Part shown: piece after piece, positions 12,489 through 25,245 of the stretch | Layout of the letters: each line of letters starts with the position of its first letter | How positions within the stretch are numbered: the first letter of the stretch is position 1 | Assembly (NCBI GenBank): GCA_013239625.1 | Contig: MU054187.1 | Coordinates: forward strand, 21,517,280 to 21,581,279 | Reading direction: 5' to 3' | Source: Lama guanicoe | Taxonomy: Eukaryota | DNA: 64,000 bases | Made by a program: the position numbers and the translations under genes | The notes under the pieces: model-generated | What the model saw: the letters and a program-made list of their open reading frames with translations, nothing else | What the model was told of the DNA's origin: nothing | The model's database searches: none

Positions 12489-14309
12489 AGAATTATGCCA
12501 GTAAAGAGACTGTTATAAGGTTAAGAAATAAACTTTAAAATATTACTCATTTCTAGTAGTAAAATTAGATAGTTATTCATAAAAATAGAACAAGTCTCTT
12601 TGTTTCTTTCTATTTCAACAAGATCATAATCGGATAACTGCTTGTTAAACTGTGAACCAGCAGCTTAACAAGATGTGCTTTTATGTGTGGTTTTATTCAT
12701 GGAACTTACTTTCCTATTGAGGTAATAACAAAAATCTTTGATGACCATGTTACTAAAGCACAGGCTGATTGTATTTCTGTTAAAATCCTTTGAATCAATT
12801 GCCATTGTAATTAAAGCCTTTTTTTTTCTCAACCCCAATAATGTCTTCCATGCATTTATCTTCCAAATTAATGAATAGATAAATGAGGATGTTATAGGGA
12901 TTTTTGCAATGAACTATATTAATACACACAACTGCCTTTGAAATAAAGGTCACCCAAAGAATTATAGGTATGTTGTACATTGATACAAAAAACAGAGAGT
13001 AACTTAAAATACTATGTCTGTTTAAACAGAAATTAAGGAACCACATCAAAGCCAAAATTGTCTTCAAAATATATGATTCCTAATGATCAGTAGTGAAGAA
13101 TTATTTTGACATGGACAATTTATCTATAGTAATCAAGTAATCAAAACAGATTTAAGTCAATAACTATTTTGAGCCTCTTATGTTAACATGTTTGTGTGGC
13201 TTTTATACTTTAAAAAACACATTCATCTCCTTTTCACCCTCTGAGCATACAGCAGCCCTCTGAAAGATGTTATTTTTATACGCATCTTTTAGAAAAGAAA
13301 GTTACAGTTAATAGAACCAGTAACTAGCAAAAGTGTGGACCTCATGTCCTGTATTCTAATAACTGTATCTCTTCTACATGTAAGGCGTTCAGTGAGGAGA
13401 ACAGAGCACATTAAAATACTTCTTGATAACTGACTTGTGTACAATCTGGCTTGTATAGATCAGCATTATCCCCTTAGAGTGTGACAGTGACATTCTGAGG
13501 CAATAGCTCAAGTTTCAAGGAGGCTTAAACACTAATGAGAAGAGGTCAAGACAGCAGGGGAACTGCGTACTCTGGGCTTTGGTTGATCAAAGGAGGAGGG
13601 ATTGTACACAGCTAAGAAGATGAGGAAAGTCAGCTTGGGTTCCAAGGATAACTCAAACAAATCAGTAACACAAAGCCAAATGAGGACTACGCATCTCTGA
13701 GATGTGGTCCTACTGGATTTTCTGAAAAATCCACCACAGTTTTTTGACCAGAGATTCTCTAGAGAAAAAAAAAGAAAGAAAGATTATTACTTTCAACATC
13801 AAAAAGTGATGATTCTCAGAGAACAAATATTTCTGAACTCATTAGAGAAGCAGATGTGCCAGACCAAGTGGATTTCCAATATAGTATGAATTTAAACAGA
13901 AGTCCATTTATGTATTATAACAAAAGAATAAACACAATGACCCAAAATTGAGAACGGCTGGCTTTAGGAAAAGTTGTAAAATTTGGGACATATTTTATGG
14001 AATAAGAATTGTCCAATTCCAAATTTCCCTTCCTTTCTCTTTCTTAAAATACTGATACCAGGACTTGAGAGCCAGGGCCTTTGAACAAGCAACATGGTGA
14101 CCCAGAGGGGCTAGAAGTGAGGGGGTCAGGTGATAAGTACAGAAATCTTTCTTAGGAGAAAGAGTAGAAGATCAAACCAGAGTAGCCAAATCCATTGTGT
14201 GGTCCACAGGATCAAAACCACAGAGACAACAGAGTAGAGCTTAAGGTGTGATTAATGTCGGAGGATTCCAGACTTTTTTAGCGTTCAAACTAGTCTGCCC
14301 ATCACAGCT

Positions 14310-15065
14310 TGTTTTTTGTAACTCTTGTTGACGTATAGTTGATTTACAATATTGTGTTAGTTTCAGGTGTACAACAAAGCGATTCATATATATATGTGTG
14401 TATATATATATGAAATTTTTTTATTCTTTTCCATAATAGGTTATTAGAAGATTTAACTATAGTTCAGTGTGCTATCAGTAACTCTTTATTGTTCATCCAT
14501 TTTACTTATGTGTGTCTGTTAATACCATATTTCTAATTTATCCATCCCCCCTCTTCCCTCTTTGGTACCCATAAGTTTGTTTTCTGGGTCCATGAGTCAG
14601 TTTCTGTTTTGTAAATAAATTCATTCATATTATTTTTTGGATCCCACGTATAAATGGCATCATACAATATTTGTGTTTGATTTACTTCACTTAGTATGAT
14701 GATTTCTAGGTCCATCCATGTTGCTGCAAATGGCATTATTTCATTCTTTTTTTTAGAGTTTTATACTCTTTATTTGATGTGAAAATGGTTAAGAAATAAC
14801 CTTATTTTTGTAGTAATTAAAATGTAAAATGAAATACATGAAAGAAAAATTTCATTATATATACACATATACACATTATGTGTGTGTGTGTGTATCTCAC
14901 ATCTTCTTTATCCAGTCATCTGTTGATGGGCCCTTAGGTTGCTTCCATGTCTTGGCTATTGTAAATAGTGCCTCTGTGAACGCTGGGGTCATGTATCTTT
15001 TTGAATTAGAGTTTTTATCTTCTCCAAATATATGCCCAGGAGAGGGATGGCTGGTTCATATGTGT
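14310..15065 (-). mobile_element. L1 3' end (ORF2 C-terminus + 3'UTR), antisense, with ~100 bp internal insert
   Basis: Minus ORF MPFAATWMDLEIIILSEV is the L1 ORF2 C-terminal motif; ttgatttacaatattgtgttagtttcaggtgtacaac is the L1 3'UTR reverse complement. Confidence 0.92.
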
Positions 15066-16096
15066 GTAGGTTGATCAGCCTTAGTTAAAGGTCTAGAATT
15101 GTAAAGAGCGATGATATGTGAAGGCTGATGAGATGACTGAAACCTAGTTAAGTTCAGAATGTTTTTGGTTTTATCTCTTGCCTGCTTTGCTTTCCTTTTA
15201 ATCCAGATAATTGGGTCATCTTTTCTGGATTAAACCTTATTCCCCCTTAACTCACTATTTCCCCATTTAATTTGGATGATCATTTTCTAGATTTAGAAAA
15301 AAATCTTGGTTAAGTTTTACAGTAGCCATTCTGCAGTCATCATAAAACTTTCTATGGTCAGAGTTATGTAGACATCAGAGAAAAAGGGGAATTGACACCA
15401 CGTGCTTCCATCAGGACACTCGGATATGCATATGAAGATAAAGTATAGCTTTAAAAGCAGAATTTACATCATCCCTGCATTAGTTATGTTCTCATAACTT
15501 GAAGTTAATAAGTTGATAGAAAGACATCAAGGAATATACAGTCTGTCTGTACACGCGAAGTAAATGCGAAGAGAAAGTGCCAGGGTTGTGTCGTTTCTGA
15601 GATGCCTGAAGTAATTATTTTTAGCCTTGGTTGGATCTACCAACTCTTTCTCTGAACAGCCTCAGCCCCACAAGTTGTTTTACTATTATTCTCTGATCTT
15701 ATGAGGCCTCTTGTTTCAGGCTTGTTGTTGTTTTGCTGATGTTTTGAGTTATTCACAAGGAAGAGGGTACCCTTTTGTATTTAACAATATACATTTGTGT
15801 AGGGCTTCATAGTCTGCAAAATGTTTCCCAAATATAAAGTTAACTCATCCTCCTAATGTACATATTATTTTGAAAGCTTTTTTGTAGACGAGGAAAAGTT
15901 GACTTAATATGTTTAAATGACCTGTCCAAGTAGCCAAAACAGACTCGATCCAGTGCGTGTAACTCCACTGGTGAGTAACTAAGCTGGAACCAGAGTCCTG
16001 TCCTCTGCAGCAGGGCCAGGGCACAACCCCATACTTCTGTCTTATTTTTAATACACAAACTTTATTATTTGGAGAATTGAAATGCAAGAATAGATT

Positions 16097-16455
16097 TAGA
16101 GGCATCGGCGGCATTTTTCCAGCAGCATTGGCTCATTTCACGTCTGTCTCTCTGTCACATCTTGATAATTCTCACAACATTTCAAATCCTATTCCAGCAA
16201 AAAAGATGATGACTCACTGAAGGCTCAGATGAGGGTTATCATTTTTTAGCAATAAAATGTTCTCTAATTAAGGTATATGCAATTTTTTAGACATAATGCT
16301 ATTGCATACTTAATATTGACTATAGTATAGTGTAAACATAACTTTTACATGCACCGGGAAACCAAAAAATTCATGCGACTCACATTATTTCAATATTCAC
16401 TTTATTGCAGTGCTCTGGAACTGAACCCACAATATCTCCTTGGAGTTATACCTCT
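16097..16455. mobile_element. Internally deleted Tigger1-type DNA transposon
   Basis: atcggcggcatttttccagcagc and the Tigger1 terminal block gggaaaccaaaaaattcatgcgactc...tttattgcagtgctctggaactgaacccacaatatctcc. Confidence 0.85.
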
Positions 16456-16497
16456 ATTTATATAAGTAACTTACTACAATTTAAACGACTTATAGAA

Positions 16498-16873
16498 GAA
16501 AACCTTAGGTGGGAATTCCAACTCTTGTCCTTAGTAACTGTGGGTACCTCACTGAACATACGATGCTTCAATTTCTCCCTCTGTGAAGCCTGCCCTATAG
16601 GATGTTTCAAGGTCTAAAATTACCGAATATCGCACAGTCAACACTTTGTAAACACTCAGTAACTTGAAGCCAAAAGAACCCTTTTTCTCTGTTGAAATTC
16701 ATGATTTATATAACATTAGAGATATCTTTTAGGCACAAACTGCTAGCTTTTTGGTTCCTTCTATATTCTTTAAAAAAAATCTCAAACTAACTCACTTTGC
16801 TCACAAAGGAAATGTTGTGGTCACTGGTCATTCTGACTTGAAGAGTCAGCAGACTTCAAAAGGTACAGTGTTC
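16498..16873 (+). repeat. Local duplicated segment, copy 2
   Basis: Colinear match to 11497-11876, e.g. shared ctgttgaaattcat..atttatataacattagagata..ttttaggcacaa..ctgctagctttttggttcctt. Confidence 0.95.
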
Positions 16874-17389
16874 TGCTTACTTACACATAACTTTCATTGG
16901 TTTATTGATTTACATATTAGCTGTGTTCGAAAAGATTTTGCTGAGTAAAACTGTGTATAAGAATGCTTGTTTTCCTTTTAACTCACTTTATGAAAAAGAC
17001 TAGGAATGAATACCTCCAAATCTTTTGACTCCATAAACTTTCCTTTTTGCTATATAATATAAATAAATAAGCTCAAAGTGTAACATCTTTTAAAACTCAA
17101 ATCAAATAATGGGATAGTCATCTGATAAAATAACAATAATCAAATGAGTGAAAACCATCCACCTTTTGAGGTAGCCTTGTACACGTGGGAATAAGTCAAG
17201 GTGGTGCATAAGATGATCTGATTTGTTCAATACCCAGTGCTTCTTGGTATTTTCACAGGAGATGAAAATGAGCCACTAGGGGAAATAATTGTTATGCTGT
17301 CAGCATAATTCCCATTTGGGCAAATTTCTGTAAACGGAACACACACAGCTTAGTATTAGAGAAAATTCTTCCAGTGTAGAATGTAGCTT

Positions 17390-17600
17390 CATTTGTTGAG
17401 CACTTGTTATTTGCAAATCACTATCCTAAACACTTTGACTCACTATCCCAAAGCCTGGTAGTTAAAATGTAGCTCTCCTGATTGTATGGATGACAAAACT
17501 GAGGCACCAGGAGGGGGTCACCATTTCAGCATCACGAAGCCAGTAAATGATGAAGCTGGACATTGAACCCCGGGCTTTCTCACACCAGAATTTTATTTTT
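17390..17600 (-). mobile_element. MIR SINE fragment
   Basis: atttgttgagcacttg...gatgacaaaactgaggcac...gccagtaaatgatgaagctggacattgaacccc. Confidence 0.75.
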
Positions 17601-18172
17601 AACCATTGCCATTAACCACGTCTACCAACAGAACTTAGACAAGAATTCCAAAGAATTGTTCACGTGGACCTGTTGTCTAATAGATAACATATCTGCTTTT
17701 GTACTTTTTTCCTCCCTGAGTTTTTGTCTTTTTCACTTATTTTGAACTTGTCAGTGAGCTTTCTTCATCCTCCTTGAGTTGTGAACAAGTTCTGTTTTAT
17801 CTGAATTTTGCCCTTTTTTTTGTTTTGCTATACCTTCTCCTCAGAGAGAACATCTTTATCAGAAAGGACTATATACAGCCAGAGAGATCACTCTGTTTAT
17901 GTAAATCATTATTTTTTTATATACAAGTACCATCTGGATTCCCCAGCTTTCGCTAACTCCATTCAAAAATAATATGCTTACATGTAAATACACACAGATA
18001 TATGCACATAATTTACACGATTGAATAAATTTGACGCTAACATAACATTCCTTTATCTTCCTCCCACCCTTAATAGTATAGTATTTACCCTTTCGTAGAC
18101 TGTTTTTTCATGGTTTATCCAAATGGCTCCTGAGTAACCCAAGGTAGTAGTCATTTGCTTTCTCCCCCCCAG

Positions 18173-18345
18173 AAGCTCAGAAGAAGCAATTGGAAGAGAG
18201 TATAGAGCTGATCCAAGATGAATGTGTGTCAGAGAATGCAGATCACTCTACAGAGGAGCCCGCTGAAGGAGGGCCAGATGCGGATGGAGAAGAGATGACT
18301 GATGGGATAGAGGAGGACTTCGATGAAGATGGGGGTCATGAGCTG
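18173..18345 (+). CDS. RALYL: RALYL penultimate coding exon (173 bp, phase 1-0): EAQKKQLEESIELIQDECVSENADHSTEEPAEGGPDADGEEMTDGIEEDFDEDGGHEL, acidic C-terminal region
   Basis: Acceptor tttgctttctcccccccag; frame continues the 6496-6609 exon (G+AA = Glu); 23 of 58 residues are D/E; donor CTG|gtagga. Overlaps ORF-track entry 18190-18417. Confidence 0.95.
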
Positions 18346-19092
18346 GTAGGAACCAAACATTTGGTGCCCGCACCTTTTGGTAACAGTCCCAGCATGTCAG
18401 CAACTCATTCATTCTAAAATATAGATTAATTACTGGGGGCTGCTTTCTTTCTTTCTATATGTGCATATATTTAAGGCGACATTGGACAGTGCTTTGCACC
18501 TAATAAGTGCTCAGTCTATTCTTGCTAATGTAAAATATGAGGGAATATATGAATGAACAGGAATATTATGTACAAGATTAGGTATATTTACAGTCCCGAG
18601 TGAAAGATTCTCTTTCCCACATGCTTCTTCATGAAAAGAGTCTTGTGTTTGTGCAATTACACATGAACTCTGTGTGGATATAATATCCTGGCAGCAAATG
18701 ATCATTTCCTGGAAGATACATGACTCCTCTGTTATTTGATAGCATCACTCACTGATGATATCTTTATCAGTCCTACGGCCAGCAGTCCTTTGTACACTCT
18801 GCTCACTGAGATGACCCTCTGGTGTGTGACCATGTCACCATCCTCAGTGTCTGTGCTGCTTGATAACTGGTTTCTATGAGTTGTGAATTTGACCGAGACT
18901 TGATTCTTTGCATGTTTTATTTTCCCAATGTATAATCATTATACCGCTCATTTGCAGATGTCCTTTCCTGTATAAACACACCAGGGACCTGGCAACTACA
19001 TGCTGATAAGGATGCTATCTCTCATATTTTATCAACCATGAAATTAAATATACTATCTTAAAGGGATTGACTAATACAAATGATGAAGAGGG

Positions 19093-19114
19093 GTGTGTGT
19101 GTGTGTGTGTGTGT
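19093..19114 (+). repeat. (GT)11 microsatellite
   Basis: Direct reading. Confidence 0.97.
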
Positions 19115-19479
19115 TGCCAACTCTCAACTATCTGTGGACCAATCATGTTAAACTTGTCTTGTCCGAGGTAATCATCTGATTCCAGTTTGTTTTAATACCC
19201 ATTGTTACTTAGCTCATTTTGTCATAGTGGTTGTTCTGGCCTGGTAACTACCCTGTCCATAGTTTCATTTACGGAATTTTATATTGATATTTTAACATTC
19301 CAGCTCTGTTTATGTTGCAAGGTACCTGCATTTAAACCTTTCAGATAAGAGCCTTTAACAATCACCATTATTTCTGCCAAAGTCTGCATCGGTTTGAAGG
19401 ACTTCAGTACCTGTTTTTCGAATTGTTTTGATTTCTGGAAACTGTGAGCTGACACAGGGGTCTCAGCTTCTCCTTAAGC

Positions 19480-20290
19480 AGGACTTTAACCCAACAACAT
19501 CATTTCCTCCACTCGTGATAATCAGACCTCTGCTGTCGCCTTCCCGGAGCCCTCTGGAGGCCTCCGTGTTGCCGTTTCCAATGATTACCTCTCTGTTCTC
19601 ATTTTAATTTACCTCTCAGCAGAATCTGGCCAACAATGGGTTAGGAGAATTTCTCAGAATACCAGTCGCTCATTCTCGGGGACCTGTGCTAGAAGCCTCC
19701 CTCCACAGCTCGCATTTTAAATAATGGGGTAGCCCAGGGCTTTGTCATAGGTCACCTTCGCTGTCTGCACACTTTCCCAAGGTGGCCTCATCAAAAATCT
19801 GAGCTTTGAGGATTATCTGTAAGTCAGAGATTCCTAAATCTAGATTTCTATTCCTGATCTCTTCCTGAAATTCTAGACTCAGGTATTTAGATGCCTATCT
19901 CTTCACAGATCTCCAAAAAACAACTGAAACTTAACAGACTAGAAACATGCTTGATTTTTTTCCAGCCATCTTATTCCTTTCCAGTCTTCCTCATTCTGGT
20001 AAACAACATCATCACTGACACAGTCGTTAAAACCAAAAAGACTAGGATACCTTTGATTTGCTCCACCTTCCCCTGTTAATTCTACCTCCACATCATAGCC
20101 CAAGGCTAGTTACATCTCCACTACAGCTAAAGTGATTTTTTTGCTTCAGCCCATGCCATCCATTGTCCACACAAGAAGGATAAAAATCTTTTTAAACTGT
20201 ATTTCAGATAATGCTACTCCCTTGCTTAAACCCCTGCAGTGCTTTTTATCACACTTCGACTCAAAATCTTCAAGTGTGTGAATGTAAATT
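19480..20290 (+). mobile_element. L2 LINE remnant
   Basis: ttaaataatggggtagcccagggctttgtcatagg (RT GVPQG-like), tcctgatctcttcctgaaattctagactc, tcttcctcattctggtaaacaacatc. Confidence 0.75.
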
Positions 20291-20689
20291 ATGAATTTGG
20301 ATGCAAGATGCCAGTAGAGAGAGAGAGAGGACTCGGTGAAGAGAAAGGGGGAAAGTCCCCAGTGGTGATGGAAATGGAGTCTAGAACTCAAGTGTGTGTG
20401 TAGGCTGGCTTTCAACCTGGAGAAGGACACTTTCACTGCAGCGAACTGAAGGAAGTCTGAGAGATTTGGTGGCAGGTACTTGAGGGAGTTCAAGCACAAA
20501 CTCTAAGCCAGAGGGTGATAATCTCTAGAGAGTGAGGAGAGATGGGGATTATCACAGATTTGTGGAGATTGGACAAGATTTGAAGAGATTTGTATGGAAA
20601 ACATAGAAGATCACTAATTTGGAAACCACAGAAACATTGACAGTTAGCATTCATAGTCAGTTGAGGTTACAGACCAAGAATTAAAGAGT

Positions 20690-20870
20690 AGTATTTTGCA
20701 AACTTTAAGGTATATCAGAATTACCTGAAGAACTTGTTAAAGTTGTTGTGTCCCATTCCAAGAGTTTCTGGTTGAGTATGCTGAGTGAGGCTGGGATTTC
20801 ACATTGCTAACAAGTTCTCAAGTCACACTGATACTGGCAGTCTGGGGTTCTCCTTGAGGACCACTGCTGA
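20690..20870. mobile_element. MER5A-like hAT-Charlie MITE
   Basis: atcagaattacctgaagaacttgttaaa...ctaacaagttctcaagt...gaggaccactg. Confidence 0.7.
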
Positions 20871-23800
20871 GGAAGCACCCCTCAGTCCAGCTGTGGGACT
20901 TTCTCCATCGGCTTTCATCAGCCTTGGCGGAAGCATGGAGAGAGTCAGCAGGTTTGGAGTTGGATTTTTGTCAGATGAGTGCAAAGAAAAACAATAAACA
21001 GAGTTGAGAACATTATTGAAAAGAGCTGCAAACTAGGTGAATCATGGGACTGAACCTGAGCAGAGAAGGAAGGAAACACAGGAGGGGGCTGGGAAGGAGA
21101 AAACAGAGGCCCAAAAAAAAGGGGGCAGGGGGAATAAAAGTCTCTATGCCATTAAGGACCGGAAGAAAGGAAATGAATGAGAGAAAAGTGATGGCAGTAC
21201 TCAGAGACTGAGATACTGAGACATTTCAGAGGTGTGACAGTTAGGTGATGAGAAAATCCATGGGAGCGGGTCATGGAAGTGCAATCAGAAGGAAAGTCAC
21301 TGCATATGGAGAATTTAAGAAACTGGGAGGCTCAGATGCAAGATGGGCCATCTACTTGGGCATGAAATCACTCCAAATATCAGATAGAAGTGAAAGAGTA
21401 GGACAGTTACGAAAAGTCAGCTGTCATCAAAGAGATAGCAAGACCAACTTTAGTCCCAGAGCTAAATCCAATCCGATTGTATCACCTTAAACACATAACT
21501 TCTCTGAGTCTCAACTTTCTTATCTGCAAAATAGTACAGTGAGATCAGAAATGACTAAAATCCATTCTGTTTGATCTTTCCGCTAAGTGAGTCTGTGTTC
21601 CGGGAACACCATAAAGGAGCAAGGGTGGATCACACAGCCAAGGGAACAATTTTGAACCACGGTGCTGATTAGTAACTGATTAGAAGCATTGCTGCCTGGG
21701 GATGCTTAGGTTTTGTCCCTCAACTCTCGCGTTGTCACTAGGTCTTAGGGAGCTAATGGGAGACAAGGATACCATCTCTAGAATCTCATTTTGTTGCTAA
21801 CACTTGGAAAACAATGAGTGAGGGTGAGTGAAACACTCAATCTGAGCAGTCCAAATGGAGACTGGGGAGTCCCTCCCAGTGATTTGCCAAGAGAAAATCC
21901 CATGTTCTGGTGTCTGCTCTTTCCTCTTCTCCAGACCACATGAACCAAATCACCCTTGGTTCCCAAAAAGGAAAGTCAAAAAACATAAATCTTCTCTTTT
22001 GGAAGGTCAGATATGATTACAGATTGTCAGGATACAAAATAATTAGGTATTTAGTGCATCTAGTAGGAACCAAAAAAAAGAGCTGGTATCCACATGCTCA
22101 GTCAGCTGCTCGAAGAGACTGAAATGAATGGGAAACAAGAATTGTATCTGAAGCCAAAGAGATCCAGCAAAATGTGTCAGTGGGACAGCTGGAAGTGGTG
22201 GCACCCCTGTGGAGCATGTGTGAAGCGGGAGGCATGTGCACTGACCACTGTCTGTGCCTCGTTTTGTTCTGAATAGCCAGTTAGTGAAATTGATTTCCAT
22301 CAAGCAATACATGCAGCTGACATCTGGGTTCCTGTGGTATGTGAACCAGCTGCTACAAAGAATGTGGAGATAAAACTATTGCTTTAAGTGCAAAATGAAA
22401 TGTATTAGTTAAATGGTTCCTTTTTCCAAGTAGCTTAGTGCCTTATAGAAGACTGATTTCCTTAGGTAAAAAATAAGAGACTTGGACTTAATGATTTATA
22501 AGAAGCTAGCCAAGGCTAAATGTCCATGATTCTATAATTTATGCCTATATATTTCATTAGTACCTATACATTAAGATTTGAATATATTTAAAATTGAACT
22601 TTATATTGATGCATTATACATACACTGTCAAACCGCTACCATCCTCATTTCTGAGTAAATCCATTAGCAAATATATATCAATTGACCACTAATGAGATTC
22701 TTGCTATGGGAATAAAGAAGGAAATCTTTTTTTTTCCCCTCAAGAAGGCTATAAATTAACTGAGGATAAAGTCTACAGACAAAAAAAATACAAAGCAATA
22801 TATTATGATGAGATCCATGGGAGAGATAAACAGTTTACAAATGAGGAATCACACGTAGCTGGGATGATCTGCAAAGGCTCCTGGCAGAAGTGAGATTAGA
22901 ACTTAACCTCCAAGGATGCTGAGTTAAGGAAGAGCACATGCTAACATTGAGGAAGGACTATTCAAATCGTCCTTCACTGTTCCCAGATTATTTTATGGAA
23001 AAATATATTTAATATCCATAATACATTAGATATTTCATATGATATGTAGGTAGGTGGGTCTATGGGTGGGTGAACAGACTAACAGACCAGTAGAGGTAAA
23101 TATATTTTTTTGATAAAACTATTAAAAACTTCACAAATAAGACATTTACCTTTCAAGCTCTTTTACTTTTTTCATATCGACCAAAATTGTAATCCCCTTT
23201 TAGATTAAATAACATAATCCATAGTAAAAGTAGTGTGTGCATAATGGAATTCTACAGAAGAGTGAGTGCTCAGTACCCTGCTAATTCAAAAGCATCAATG
23301 AACTCTCCCCACGTGTATAAGAGAAAACAGAGGAGAAAGGTGCCCGTGTACCCTTGAGGATGTCATAGGCTGTCAGCTATGTTCAGGAGCCTTAGAGAGG
23401 CTAGTCAGTGTTTTCCAAAGCAAAGTTTTTGACTTACATCCAAAGACGTAAGGTGCTTGCTAAAAATGCTGATGTAGGTTATCTGGGGAAGAGCCCAGGA
23501 ATCTGTACTTTTATCAGGCTGAGGTTTGAAAGTACAGAGCTATATCAGTTCCCAAAGGAAACTGTAGACAAGACCAACACTTAAATACATTAAAGAGAAT
23601 TTGAGCTCTTTCGAATTCTACTTGTAATTACTTTTGCTTTTGCTGACTACACACAATCAAGTCAGGCAAAAACTAGTAAGAATCCACAGTAGAATTACCT
23701 AGCTGGATCGTGTTAAGACTTAGGCATGCAACCTGAGTACTATATTGTAATACATCTTTCAGTATTTAACAAAACACTCAACTATGCACTGAGTCGCCTG

Positions 23801-24969
23801 GGTTTACAGACTATTGAATTTCTGTGCACAATGGAAAGGGTCTGGACTGCAAATCCAATGCCGTAGTGGAAGAGAACTCAAAGCAGGCATTCTGACACAC
23901 CATTGAAAACCTGGAATGCATGAAGCATTCTAATCACTGTTCTTGGTCTTTCTTTATGAACAAGGCTGAAAACGTTTTCCTCTTTTTGAAGCTTTTTGTT
24001 TCTTTCCTGATGAAATCCTTCACCTGGATATTCCCCCATATCAATCACGCTTCGATCTCTTTTTCGTATCATCATTTGGACTAACTGCCAGCTAGAGGAC
24101 AAACAAGAACTTGGGAGACACATTCCCAAAGGTAGTGGTGCCCACTGGATTAGTTAGGGGTACATGTCACAAGGGAGTAAGAAAAGTGTTGACTTAGCCT
24201 GTTTGAGTTGAGCCTGTATTCAAAGACCTTCATCTTAAACTCTGTCAACCCATTGTATGCTATCATCCCTATTCTCCTGACAGTAGATATTAAAGACATA
24301 AGGAAAGCCACCGTCCATGATTTGGGTGGAGTTAGCAATAGGATGAACAGTCACGGTGCACGTGTCCTGCGGGTGATCTGGCCAGGGTGACATGCTACTG
24401 AGGCATGAATGGCCAGGGCCATTGGCTGTCCCTTCTCAACAGAAATGAGACATGGCTAAGCCTTGGATGTGAGGCAAAAGGTGTGGCAGGCAGACATCTC
24501 TGCTCTGGCTTTGCACCTTGAAATCTTACCTCTTCAGATTCTCTGATCCCTCTGTGGCAAGTGTTCCTCACAGTGAATTTCAGACTTGCTCTTCTTGGCA
24601 CCTCCCTTGATTTCAGTTATTTTTCTTTTAGCTAAAAAACTGCCTGGCCCATTAGGGTAAACTTTTTTTCCCCCAGGAGGGTGGATGGCTAGTTGTTAAA
24701 AACATGAGATCTATCTACAGTCTAACAGAAGCCATTCAAATCTCCTTAACTTTGCACAAGCTAGTTTTCTATGTCCTTCATCTGTAACAGGGGTTCATAA
24801 TAATAATATATGCTTGACCTGGGACTGTTGTGAGGCGTAACTGAAGTAACGTCTAAAAAGCACATGCCTAACACAGAGTAGACATCCAGTTAAAAATCTG
24901 CTAAGTAGTTGTGGTTTTGTTGTAGGGCATTAGTGTTCTCTTCCATATGTTCTATTTTATTTCCCTCTT

Positions 24970-25245
24970 TATTTTTTTTTAATTTTATTTTTTATTGACG
25001 TGTAGTTGATTTACAATGTTAATTTCAGCTGTCCAGCAAAGTAATTCAGTTATCTATATACATACATATATATGTATATTTTTTTCAGATTCTTTTCTAT
25101 TATATGTTATTACAAGAAAATGAATCTAGTTCCCGTGCTATACATTTGGTTCTTGTTTATTTCATATATAGTGATGTGTATCTGTTAATCCTAAACTCCT
25201 CATTTACCTTCTTTCGCCCTTTCCCCTTTGGTAACCATAGTTCAT
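24970..25245 (-). mobile_element. 5'-truncated L1 3'UTR, antisense
   Basis: T-rich start, tttattgacgtgtagttgatttacaatgtt ... ttcccctttggtaaccatagtt; homologous to 14310-14580. Confidence 0.88.

Noticed and set aside
14533..15074. ORFs with protein-like text
   Set aside because: Degenerate L1 ORF2 end and its antisense frame, not a host gene.
18190..18417. ORF-track 75-aa ORF as a standalone gene
   Set aside because: It starts at a TTG inside a spliced RALYL exon; the last 23 residues are intronic read-through, discussed as a finding.
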